From Octopus bimaculoides (lineage: Eukaryota), in contig NC_068991.1 in assembly GCF_001194135.2 (NCBI RefSeq), forward strand, positions 71,233,026 through 71,295,630: a stretch of DNA of 62,605 nucleotides, written 5' to 3'. The notes beneath the pieces are model-generated. The model searched no databases and was not told the DNA's origin. It was given only the letters and a program-made list of their open reading frames with translations. Positions 13,362-25,048 of this stretch are shown piece by piece; position 1 is the stretch's first letter, and the number at the start of each line of letters is the position of its first letter. A program made the translations under genes and the position numbers.

Positions 13362-14838
13362 ACTCTCTACAGCAATGGTGGCAACAGGATCAAGTCCTGC
13401 AGTTACTTTGTATCCAAGACTGGTCACCATGCTCACACGTGACCAATTTACTAAGAACCGTTGAGATAATATGATAGCCATCCAGCACCATATAGGATTC
13501 GGTTGTGTAACTTGCAACTAATTGAAAAGCCCGTTCTGCTGGGTTGACACTGTTTTCGCTTCTTTTAGTTAATGGCGACCAGAAATATTTCAGTTGGGGA
13601 CGCACAGACAAGTGCAAATTTAATGCTTCAAAGGTGTGCATACGTGTATGTGCACACATGTGTGTATGTACGTATGCATGCATGCATGTGCGTGTGTGTG
13701 AACTAGAAACTGTTATATATTTATAGACTGGCAAAAGAAAAATTAAAAATATAATTCCTTTTCACATTGGAAGTTGAGTAGAAGAAGAAGATAATAAATT
13801 GTTAATGATGTTTAATCATTAACACCAAAAGGGGAAATCATTAGAACTCAACCTAAAATAAGTCATTTGATCTTAAACTTCTTTTTCTTTTCTTTCTTAC
13901 ATTTTTTTTTGTTTTGGTTTTTGTTTGTTTGTGTGCATTTGAAAGCTGTAAAATTAAAGTTTGCTTACAGCTTAGTTTGTTCTTAATAATAATGATGTTC
14001 ATGTTTATATTTTTAAAAAAGATGTTTGTTTTTTTTTATTCATTTTCCTATTTAGTGTGTGTATGTTTGTGTGTATCTTCGTGTGAATGTGGGTAGGGTT
14101 TTTTTGTATTTTTGTTTTGTTTTGGGAGGTTCTTTGGTTTTTTTTATTTCTTTTCTCTTTTTCTCTTTCTTTCTGAAAAGGAGATTATTCAAAATAAATT
14201 AAAATTTGCCAAGCTACATTTTCTTGTATTCCGAGTTCAAAAGAAAAATAAAACGCACACACGGATTTTCTTTTCCCACCCTTTTTAAATGGAAGAGTCC
14301 ATTTTTTTCCTGTCTATGACAATGGACTGTGCTCATTAGACAAGGCTTTGAAAGCAAGACTGTTATCCTTAGTAGTTACACTAATTAATTTATTGAAAGT
14401 ATGTTCGCTCTAACGCAAGTTGTAAGCTCACATCAAGGTGAAGTTTAAAAATCAGTGTTTCAGTTTTTGGTTGAATTTAATTCACTTCATTTATGTGAAT
14501 GTTCTTCAGAAAAGGATGGCCATTATATAACTTTATCTGATGAGAGAAGGCAGCAGGTTAGCAGAAATGTTGGCACAGCAGGCAAAATGCTTTGGGGTAT
14601 TCCTTCCAGCTTTATGAGTTCAAATACTACCAAGGCCTTTCATCCTTTTAAGGTCAACTGAAACCTGTACCTGTAGCAAAATGAATGAAAAAAAATCGAC
14701 CTCCACCAAAACTTCAAGCCTTGAGCCCTTTAGCAGAAAGAATTATTTTATAAGGGACCAAGTCACTCTTGAGACATTGGTCTACCTACAGAACTGATGG
14801 TTCCCTGTAAACTCCTTAATTGCAACAAATATTTCCAT

Positions 14839-15016
14839 TATTATTATTCAGGTCATTGCCTGGAATCAAACCCGGAATCTTGGGGCTAGTAGCCCTCACT
14901 CTTAACCACTACGCCATATTCCCGTGGGCATATGGCAGAGTGGTTAAGAGCACAGACTACTAACCCCAAGATTCTGGGTTTGATTCCAGGCTTTGACCTG
15001 AATAATAATAACATCA
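14839..15016. mobile_element. Palindromic (head-to-head) tRNA-derived element with 12-bp TSD
   Basis: 82-bp inverted arms at 14838-14919 and 14930-15011 (71/82 identical). A box TGGCAGAGTGG at 14933-14943. B-box-like GGTTTGATTCC at 14977-14987. Direct repeat AAATATTTCCAT at 14827-14838 and 15017-15028. Confidence 0.8.
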
Positions 15017-15563
15017 AAATATTTCCATGTTAGTTCTTCATCTTTGGTTATTGCCCATCTATTTCTAAAGTCTGCCAATATTTTAAGACATTCCCTATCT
15101 TAACATTGGGATGACTTGATTTTAGTGCCACTTGTTCATGCCGTTTTATTGGCAGGAAGAATTATGAGAATGATGTTTGGGTCTGTTTCTCATTCTTTAT
15201 CTGCAAACATGGTACTTTTTTTTTTGTTACCATTAATGTCCAGTTTCTTTCAGGAAATGGTTTCTTTGTGGAATCAGGAGTTAGTTTGTTGCTAGGGTAC
15301 ACTAAAAGAAACCTCATGCTGGAGGTAAAAGAAAAAAATTTCAAGTTATAGGGTTGCAAATGAGAAGCAAGAAGAAATAACATCATTTTTGTAATTCTCT
15401 CACACAGAATAACCAATGAAAACAAAAAAAAGCCAGTGCTAAAATGAAATATCAGTGGTACCCTGGAAATGATTGTTCCAAACAAAAAGGGAAGGTATTA
15501 ATAAGGAAATTAAAGTCCTTAATTATGAAAAGAAAAAATTGTTAAAACATTATCGAGACTTTG

Positions 15564-15825
15564 TGGTTTAAAACATTATCGAGACTTTGCAACCATCTGG
15601 TTTTCAGTTCGGTCCCATTGCATGGCACCCTTGGCAAAATGTCTTTTATATCCCTGGGCTGATCAATGTTTTGTGAGTGAATTCGATAGGTGGAAACTGT
15701 AGAAGTTTGTCTGTGTGGGTGAGACCCCTTTTTGCTTGACAACTGATGTTAGTTTGTTTACATCCCTGTAACTTAGCAGTTTGGTAAAAGAGATTTATAG
15801 GATAAGTGCTGACCTTAAAAATAAG
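15564..15825 (+). mobile_element. SINE family A, old degenerate copy
   Basis: gtcccattgcatggcacccttggcaaaatgtctt ... gcttgacaactgatg ... gtaacttagcagtttgg. Confidence 0.6.
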
Positions 15826-15866
15826 TACAATGGGTCAGTGTTTCTGTGCAAGAGGGTGTGCCAGTA

Positions 15867-16089
15867 TTAACCCTTTTGATACCAACCTGGCTGAAACTGC
15901 CTCTGAGTACAAATATCTTGTTTTCATAAGTTTTGAATTAAAATCTTCCGCTAAACCTTAGTCACAATTTATGTTCCTAGCACTAGCTTAATGATAACTA
16001 ACTTATTCTACTAAATTCTTTGTTATATTTAAAATTAATTGAAAGAAACACAAAGCATCTCAACAGAAATATGGTAACAAAAAGATTAA
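15867..16089. mobile_element. piggyBac-like MITE, second family
   Basis: TTAAcccttttgatacc ... ggtaacaaaaagaTTAA: imperfect terminal inverted repeats with TTAA on both sides. Confidence 0.65.
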
Positions 16090-16557
16090 AATATATAATA
16101 GAGAAACAATTCTTGCACAGAAACACAAGGACCCTAATTTCTTAGATTGCTCCCTTCCTTGGTAGCAGTCTACCTGAAATTCCTTGTTACCATCACCGTT
16201 CTCTGACAGGTATTACATCCAATGACAGACTGGTTTCTCTTGGCTGATGTCATCACTATGCTTGCTGTGTTGTTGGCTGGGTCGTGATGACATCTGCTAT
16301 GCTGTGACTGTTATTTTAGGTATTACTGGTACTGAGATGGTTATGGTCCATCTATTTAGTTGTATTGATACGGTATTAAGCTCTGAAGATATTGATTGAG
16401 AGGAAATAGAAAAGAAACTGGCATTCGTTGCTAAGCATAATTGTCTTGTCACTTTGTTTATTAGTTTATATATATATATGTGTGTGTGTATAACACACAT
16501 ATATACATACACCTACATATTTTATCCATTTTCTTCATTTTCTCATTCATATATATA

Positions 16558-16623
<66 letters not shown>

Positions 16624-17296
16624 TATACATAATAAAATTTTGAATCTTTCATTGCCGCCTTGCTCCATGTCATATATCCGACAGTCCTGATAGTCAATAG
16701 ATTCATGATATATTTCTTCTATATCACGGATTTATTTGTATTATATTATATTATATTATATTGTATTATATTACGGATTTCAGTTCTGCAAGAATGCCAG
16801 TAATCGTTGTCATCATCGCCATCATTGTCATCGTGAAGTGGATCATTGTTCTTGGTTTTTTTTTGGTGGGGTTTTCTATATCTTAATTCTTATTCTTTAA
16901 AAAAAATTTTTTTTTTTATTTTCTATTGCTGAATTTACTTTAAACTTTCTCTATGAGATTCGCAAAAGCTGGTCTTAGAAAGAAATAAAGAAAGAAAGAA
17001 GGGAAAACTAAAAGCCACAAATGATAAAAATGGAATCGGATTCCTTCCTTGTCTTGATAGTCTTAGCAAGACTTCTTCCATTAGAGCATGAATATTGTTT
17101 CCATGTCTTTGGGTTTATCAGGATCATGTCTGTTGACAACTGCAGTTTCTTGTTATTTTTTCTTATCTATTTGTGTCATAACTGATTTTCATTGTTCCTC
17201 CCGGTATTAATCCTCTTGCAATGATTCCGCCCCTTCCTTCTCCACAATGTCTTTAAATCTTATATAATATTATAATACATGTATAAGCACATCCAT

Positions 17297-17352
<56 letters not shown>

Positions 17353-18806
17353 TTAAGGAAAGGTATGTATGCACATATCTATATATGTATGTATATGAGA
17401 CAGGCAATTCGGTTTCTATGAATGCCCGGCATCATTGTCATCATTGTCGTTGTCGTCGGTATAATTCTTCAAAACTCGGCTTTCATCTCTTCGGTTCTTT
17501 AAACGAGTTGGAAATTGCTCTCTAATGACAACGGCTTGTTTTCTCTGATAGGTATTGGTGTAGTAGTAGTCGTAGTAGTCGTAGCAGTACCAGCAATGTT
17601 GGTGTTGGCAGCGATGTCGGCGGTGGTGCCTGTAGTGCAAGGAAAGGAACAGAATGTTATTCTACATACAGTTAAGCCAAGATTGGATATAATTCTAATG
17701 GCTTTCATAATTTTTATTGCCCATTCCCTCTTGTCGATATGTGTTTTATTAGGAGAGTCTGTTTGGGCAATAGAAAAAAAAAATAAGCTGCATTTGACAG
17801 AACTTTACTTTTATTTTTGTTTTTGGTGTTTTTCTTTTGTTTTTGGTTGTTGTTGTTGTTTTTATGAAGAGCTAAAGCATATTTTGCTACAATGTAACTA
17901 CCTTTTTTTTTCTTTTGTTAACTATTTATTTATATATTATAGTTTGGTATCTTTATATTGAACAAGTCGGATATGCTGTAATGGTCTTTTGTTGTTCTAT
18001 AGGTTTACAATACTGACGATGACAATAATGATGATGATGATGATGATAAAAGGAACACAACTCTCTCTTTTATTTTTTATTTTTGTGCGTGTTTATGGAT
18101 TTAGTCTGTTTCCCATGTTTCAAGGACTTGAAATGGTCTGTAAATTCCTCGGAAGAATCAGAAGTAACAATGGCTATGTTGGTGGTTGTGATGGTGCTAG
18201 TATTGGTGGTGGTGGTGGTGGTGGTGGTTGCAATAGTCAGTCTCTTAAAATATACCCATCAGTAATTTTGGTTACAGCTTTTTACTTTGAGTTCAAAATG
18301 TGTGTGTGTGTGTGTGTGGATATATGTGTTAGATTGATTTATTGATACATACATACATACATACATACATACATAAATATATACACCTATACATGTGAGC
18401 ACTTTAATTTCTTCATTTCATATTTGTTTTTCTGTGCTGTTGAGACAGATACTTATTCAAGGCAGTATTTCATAACTGGATGCTCTTCCTGTTGCCAAAC
18501 TTTAACTGTTCTCCAAATAAGGGATTTTTTTTTCTTTAAATCCTCTCTTGAGGATGCGATGTTCACCAGCAATCTAAACCAGCCAACATTATGTTTCAGC
18601 TCAGGCAATCTTCATGCAGGACAGTGGAAATGACATTGTGTGTACATGCACACACACACAAACACACACACATCCACCCACCCAATGGGATTCCTTACTG
18701 TTTCCATTTACTGATTCCAATCGCAAAGCGTTTATTAACCTAAGGTTATGTTAGAAGGTAATTATCTAACATGCAGTACAATTATACTGGATTCGAGACC
18801 TCTTAA

Positions 18807-18841
<35 letters not shown>

Positions 18842-19352
18842 ACATGTAACACACACGTCTTGACTACAAGGTATACATAACACATATATACACCAATCCT
18901 CACTATAAACTACAGGAATCCTATACACACGTCATCACTGTATGCCACACATATCATATACATGTCATCACTATATACCACACACACACACACACACACA
19001 CACTATATATATATATACTCACTGCCTCTTTACAAACCACACTTAATATATACATACAAACCTTTACTACACATCACTCCTAACACACACATACACACAT
19101 ATATATATATATATGTGTGTGTGTATGTGCATGTGTGTGCATATATATATGTGTGTGTGTGTGTGTATGCACACACATGCACACACACACATTTTCACTA
19201 TAAATTGTGCATAATATATGCATACACATCCTGACTATATACCACACACCACACCACATATTACTTGTATACACTTTCTCACCAAACACCAGACAGTATG
19301 TTCTTACTCATTGCTCCATTCCATTCTGCGTAAGAAACCATTGCATATATTG

Positions 19353-19392
<40 letters not shown>

Positions 19393-21109
19393 TCTCTCAC
19401 TTTGTGTAATCCCAGATCAGATTATGTCCTAATATGTGATGGGTCAGTTATTGACGATTGTTCAATTAGCTCCTTCCATGCCAGGATTAGTTTAGGGGTC
19501 ATTCTATCAATAAAATGTCTGCAGATATTTCCATATACAAAAAGCACCGAGTCTTTTGAGAGAGAGAGAGAGAAAAAGCAAAAAGAAGTAAAAGAAAAAA
19601 AGAACAAACAAGCAAACAAACAGTACAAACAAATAAAAAGTAGATAAAAAGATATAAAATTGCGATAAAGCCAAATGAGGAATTATGAAAGTAATATCAT
19701 TATGTCATATAGTTACTGTGATTCCATAAGTTAACAGCGGGGAAGAAAATGGATAAAGCTATGATAAAGTGCAAAATAACTAAATCACCGTTTAGGTCAT
19801 CTTTTCATCCAGTGGCTCACTCCTGCCCTGTTTTCTGCCACCACCACCACCGCCACTACTGCGGCCATTGCTTTCACGTATCATTAACCTCACATTTCAA
19901 CCTTCCAGCCTCATCCTTGCTGTCTGTTCTGTCATTCTGTTTGCTTGTGTCTGATGGCTACTTGTTAGAGAGAAAGCTGCTTCTAATTCTCTGCCACTCA
20001 AGAAGATTTTCAGTCGTGTCCATTTGATAAAAAGCACCGCAACGGTAGTGAGGCATTTACTGATAATCTCTCCACGTAACGAAATAAGTATCGTGACTTG
20101 ATTCTTCGTAAACAGTTAATTAGATAGTCACAGCAACAATTGCAGTGCTCCATTGACCTGCCTGTCATCATGATAACTCTGTAATCGATCTCAAAACTCC
20201 TGCTTCAGCATTGATCTTACAAGTTCCTTTCTTTTTTTTTTTGTTTTGTTTTGTTCTTTTTCGTATATATATTTTCCTTCCTCGTGACGACAGGCCACTC
20301 ATCTTTTATCATGGCAACGGACAAATCTAACGCACCCCTCCCTCACCCAGCCACCAGCCTACACCCAACCCCCACCCACACCCTTTTCCGCCGTTCTGAA
20401 CAGATTCAGCTCCGGCAACATTTTGTGACATCTGAAAATTGACAGATAACATTCATATCTGTGTAAAACGTTCTGATTTGACAAGCTCTTATCGACTAAC
20501 TGGTCAGCGACTACATTTATCAGTGATGCTGATAAATATGTACAGGAAAGGGATGCATCTTCTCAGCTACCGATGCAGGCCTTTAGTGCGACTGATATGA
20601 GAACTGAGGCTGACCTTCAAAGCAAGCATTTTAAACACAAACATGGCTATGTCAAATGGAAGGAGACTGATTTTGACAAAATCAGATTGTGGACATTCTA
20701 CAAAATTAACGGAGATGTTAATTAATTTAGAAGCATGACTGTAAATGAGAAACGATGGTATATTTGCTTAATCATTTAACATTTAAAACTGCCATACTCA
20801 GCCTAAATATTTTACCTGTTTTTTTTTTTGTTTGAACTGGTCAGATCTGGTCTCTCACACTTACCCTACAATGTCATTCTAGAAAATAAACAATCACACC
20901 ACCAAAAATCTCAAAGCTGTGAGATAATGCCTGGTTAATTCAAAATAATGTGAATAATTAATCTTGTTGGGACTTATTGTTAATTCTTTTGATATTCATC
21001 TCACCTGGTAGCCTTGTGTGTGGATTTGGCAGATGGAAACTGAAAGAAGCTCATTGTGTTTGTGTGAACCCATGTTTTGATAACATGTAATGGTTGTAAA
21101 CAAGCATCA

Positions 21110-21312
21110 CCATCATACAAGCAGTGTTGTTCATTTTGCGGTCTTCCATGGAAAACATGTCTGACCATGGGGAAATGTAACTTGGCTTGGAAACGGGTGA
21201 GGGGTTGCCAGCAGGAGGGGGCGTCCATTTAGAGAAAATCTGCCTCAACAAATTCTCTTAGAATCATGCAAGCATGGGGAAGTTGGCATTAAATGATGAG
21301 GATGATGATGAT
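21110..21312 (+). mobile_element. (GAT)n-tailed retroposon fragment, family F (local label); relatives at ~5470-5745(-), ~12625-12782(+), ~33318-33405(+), ~49548-49685(+)
   Basis: Shared 3' motifs agg(a/g)gggc(a/g)tcca..gtagaaaa, catg(c/t)aagcatgg and ttaaa(c/t)gatga. Confidence 0.6.
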
Positions 21313-21563
21313 AATGACTGTATTTCAACAGGAAGATAGTATCAAAAGAGTTAATTAAACAAACTTTCAAAATGCCTTAAATATTATCAAATAATTCATT
21401 TGACTCTTAACACCATCTCTTCCCCCATCTTTATGCATCTGTGCTTTAACCATCCATTATGTGAATTCTTCAATATATATTGAAGTTTAATCTATGTACT
21501 AATGTCTACCAGTTTCGTTAGTTTGACAATTGTTCCGTTGCTGAATATTGAATCTTATATTCT

Positions 21564-21851
21564 GTTGTGTCTGGGGAGAGTCATTTTCTTATTGTGCCTT
21601 AAAATTTAACACACTCACCAATAAAATTTCCACTTATTTCTTATTTTTATTTTCCTAAAATTTTCGTTGCATCTTGCAACCTTTTCAATAGTCTTGACTC
21701 TTGAAAATAAAAATAAGAAATAAGTGGAAATTTTAACGGTGAGTGTGTTAAATTTTAAGGCACAATAAGAAAATGACTCTCCCCAGACACAACAGAATAT
21801 GCTTCAACACACGAAATCACATAATAAATCTTGCAAACCAAATCCAAAAAC
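21564..21851. mobile_element. Foldback Penelope-like terminal fragment with 98-bp inverted arms and 14-bp TSD
   Basis: Arms at 21557-21654 and 21703-21800 differ at 2 positions. GAATCTTATATTCT is directly repeated at 21550-21563 and 21852-21865. A hammerhead-like fold lies in the spacer. Confidence 0.75.
21655..21691 (-). ncRNA. Minimal type I hammerhead ribozyme-like motif, U3:A8 core variant
   Basis: Minus strand reads CUA-UUGAAAA-G-GUUGCA(AGA)UGCAAC-GAAA-AUUU-UAG: 3-bp stem I, perfect 6-bp stem II, intact GAAA, palindromic AAUU stem III. Confidence 0.55.
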
Positions 21852-22293
21852 GAATCTTATATTCTTACCTGTAATATTTAGTTAGCCTTCATTTAACTCC
21901 AGTTAGGTTTTTCAGAGAAAAATATCAAGAATTCATTGATGTAATAATGATGTCTACAAATGACAGGTGACAGCTGTGATTTCCTACTAACCAATAATAT
22001 ATTCCAAATAAAAGTAAAACCTCACAGGTGATACTATAATTAGCATGGTTTCATTGTTGGTGTTAGCAAGGGCATCCATCTGTAGAAACCATGCCACACA
22101 AATACTGGAGCGCAATGCAGTCTTTTGGCATGCTGGATCCTAGAACCATCCAGCCCATGCCATAACGGAATGGTAGAACTAATATTTGTTGTTTGTACCT
22201 TAAAGATTGATCCTGAAAATTATCAGCTGCAAGTCATTATTTATATCTTTGACACTCACCGAAATTTTTTCCTCTGTACGAAAAGGTAGCCTC

Positions 22294-22385
<92 letters not shown>

Positions 22386-22717
22386 AAGTTTGGCCTTATC
22401 TATTTGGACAGATAATTTATCATTCCTTTCTATCATCTCTGGGAATATTCCAGTTTTTTTTAAGTTCTTAGACCTAAGACTCACCTGTATACATTCTCCA
22501 TGGAAATCTCTAAAACTATTTTGGTAAATGCTTATTTTGCATTAATCTTCTGCCCCCCCCCCACACACACAGATGTTTTCTTTTCTTCCTACCCCATGTT
22601 CCTCTCTTTCCTCCATCACCTGACACACTTTATTCTCCCAACTGTGAAGTATATCTCATATATACATCTAGTTCTTGAATAGAATTGGTAAAACAGTTAG
22701 CCAAGAAACCCATCTGA

Positions 22718-22890
22718 GTTTATTCTTTTACTTGTTTCAGCTATTTGACTGTGGCCATGCTGGGGCACCGCCTTTGGTCGAACAAATCAACCAGGACTTA
22801 TTCTTTGTAAGCCTAGTACTTATCTTATCAGTCTCTTTTGTTGAACCGCTAAGTTACAGGGGACATAACTTAGGGACATGTGTTTACGTC
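22718..22890 (-). mobile_element. SINE family A, 3' half
   Basis: cttttacttgtttcag..tttgactgtggccatgctggggcaccgcc...gaaccgctaagttac. Confidence 0.8.
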
Positions 22891-23012
22891 CCCAAATTCT
22901 AGTTGGTACAAAAATGTCCCACTATCTGGGTTTCTTGCCGTTTTTTTATATATATATATGTATACACACACACACATATATATATAAATACACATATCTA
23001 TCTACACACATG

Positions 23013-23052
<40 letters not shown>

Positions 23053-23600
23053 CACACATGCATATATACATACATATGCATATACACACATATATATATA
23101 TACAACGAAAGTTCTCCAGAAAAGTTAAGGAATTTTTTGTTAAAAATCTCCCCACCAAAGTTTACATCAAAAAATTAAAAAATAATAAATAAACTGATTA
23201 GAACTACCAGCAAAGCCATTCTTTTTCCTTTTTTCAAATATACATACATATCTATATATATATATTCAATCCAAGTGTTTATGTTCCTGTAATTAAGTGG
23301 TTTGGCAAAAAAGACCGGCAAAATAATTATCAAGCCTAAAAAGAAACAAGTTCTAGGGTTGATTCATTCAGCTAAAATTCTTCAAGGCAGTTCTTCAGTA
23401 TGGCCGCAGTCCAATGACTGAAACCGGTAAAGATATAGAATTGTTGAATTATTTGAGTCCAAATGGTTACAGATGAGTAACCACTGGTTCGTTGTTTTAT
23501 TGTTTTTGCTGTTGTTTCATCCCAAGTTTAACCCCCACCACAACATATTATGTTCCCCATATAATACCAGTAATTCGTTCTTTTTCTTTTGTGTTTGCAG

Positions 23601-24011
23601 TGGAACAAGAAAATGACCTCCTTGTGTGCGGAGACTGCCAGACCAACTTCCCGCTGCGGGACATACAGAAATTCATCAAACACAAAGTCCATCGCTGTAA
23701 CAAGGAAAACATAAGCGTTTTGGACTCTGAAGCTGAATATGATGATGATGATGACTCTGGGACCGAGGCCATATCACAGATTGGCTCGAAGCAGCCCAGC
23801 ATCTCGGCGCCGATCGCGCGCAAAGAGGCGCTGGATACGAAACACTCGCCTCGCTCGTCCGAACCGATGAAAGAACTGAACCGAACATTGGACAGCGGTC
23901 ATTCTAATAAACGCAAGGAAGAGGACAATGGAAGCCAAGATCTACGAATTAGTTTGCCTTTAAAACCAACAAAACAAGTGGCCGATGCAGAATCTAATAC
24001 GACACATTCAG
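23601..24011 (+). CDS. BCL11: BCL11-family zinc-finger TF, internal coding exon (411 nt, phase 1-1) encoding the N-terminal CCHC finger
   Basis: Encodes DLLVCGDCQTNFPLRDIQKFIKHKVHRC (C-x2-C-x14-H-x4-C, 23627-23698), matching vertebrate BCL11A [28 protein letters not shown]. Acceptor tttttcttttgtgtttgcag ends at 23600. Donor CAG|gtcagt starts at 24012. Confidence 0.95.
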
Positions 24012-24134
24012 GTCAGTAAGCAATCCTTTTTTTTTCTGTTGTTGTTTCTGTTTAACCCAAGGTCAGCTATACTCAAAGATGCCATGGCCAGGCATCTTAT
24101 CTTTCATTTCAGATATATCATATTTAACTGTGAG

Positions 24135-24530
24135 TGCAGGCATGGCTGTGTGGTAAGAAGCTGGCAGAAACGTTAGCGCGCCGGGCGAAATGCTTAGCGG
24201 TATTTCGTCTGCCATCACGTTCTGAGTTCAAATTCCGCCGAGGTTGACTTTGCCTTTCATCCTTTCGGGGTCGATAAATTAAGTACCAGTTACGCACTGG
24301 GGTCGATGTAATCGACTTAATCCCTTTGTCTGTCCTTGTTTGTCCCCTCTGTTTAGCCCCTTGTGGGCAATAAAGAAATAAGAAGCTTGTTTCCCAACCA
24401 CATGGTTCCAAGTTCAGTCCCACTGCGTGGCACCTTGGGCAAGCGTTTTTCTACTATAGCCCCAGGTTAACCAGAGCTTTGTGAGTGGATTTGGTAAATG
24501 GAAACTGAAAGAAGCCTGTCATGTGTTTGT
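24135..24530 (+). mobile_element. SINE family A, 5' half, interrupted by a family-B SINE
   Basis: Head gcaggcatggctgtgtggtaagaagct resumes at 24388 with tgtttcccaaccacatggttcc. Confidence 0.85.
24163..24378 (+). mobile_element. tRNA-derived SINE, family B (local label), nested insertion
   Basis: ggcagaaacgttagc..gttctgagttcaaattccgccgagg..gcctttcatcctttcggggtcgataaa...aataaagaaa; TAAGAAGCT at 24154-24162 and 24379-24387. Confidence 0.85.
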
Positions 24531-24675
24531 TTGTCATGTCCTGCTAATTCCTGAGACTTAAGTTAACCGTACACATCTTTGGAACACTTTGTATACCAAT
24601 TCACTGTGGTCATAGCTGTTGACCAGTGCAGCCTTCGCTCACGGTCTACATAGCTTTTAACCAGTGCAGTCTCTC

Positions 24676-25048
24676 GTGGCACTCCGTTGGTTACGACGAC
24701 GAGGGTTCCAGTTGATCCGATCAACGGAACAGCCTGCTCGTAAAATTTACGTGCAAGTGGCTGAGCACTCCACAGACACGTGTACCCTTAATGTAGTTCC
24801 CAGGGAGATTCAGCGTGACACAGAATGTGACAAGGCTGACCCTTTGAAATACAAGTACAGTGAGAAAAAGTGAGAGAAAGTCATGGTGGAAGAGTACAGC
24901 AGGGTTTGCCACCATTCCCTGCCGGAGCCTCGTGGAGTTTTAGGTGTTTTCGCTCAATAAACACTCACAATGCCCGGTCTGGGAATCAAAACCGCGATCC
25001 TACGACCGCAAGTCCGCTGCCCTAACCACTAGGCCATTGCACCTCCAA
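24676..25048 (-). mobile_element. SINE family C, full length with TSD
   Basis: Reverse complement of 12970-13361. TSD TGCAG(T/C)CTCTC at 24665-24675 and 25049-25059. Confidence 0.85.

Noticed and set aside
23492-23600. N-terminal part of the 175-aa ORF (MFYCFCC...)
   Set aside because: It lies upstream of the AG acceptor and includes the polypyrimidine tract; this is intronic read-through, not a real start.
23548-23888. Antisense ORFs overlapping BCL11 exons (also 59174-59386)
   Set aside because: Shadow frames of the GC-richer coding sequence with no independent support.
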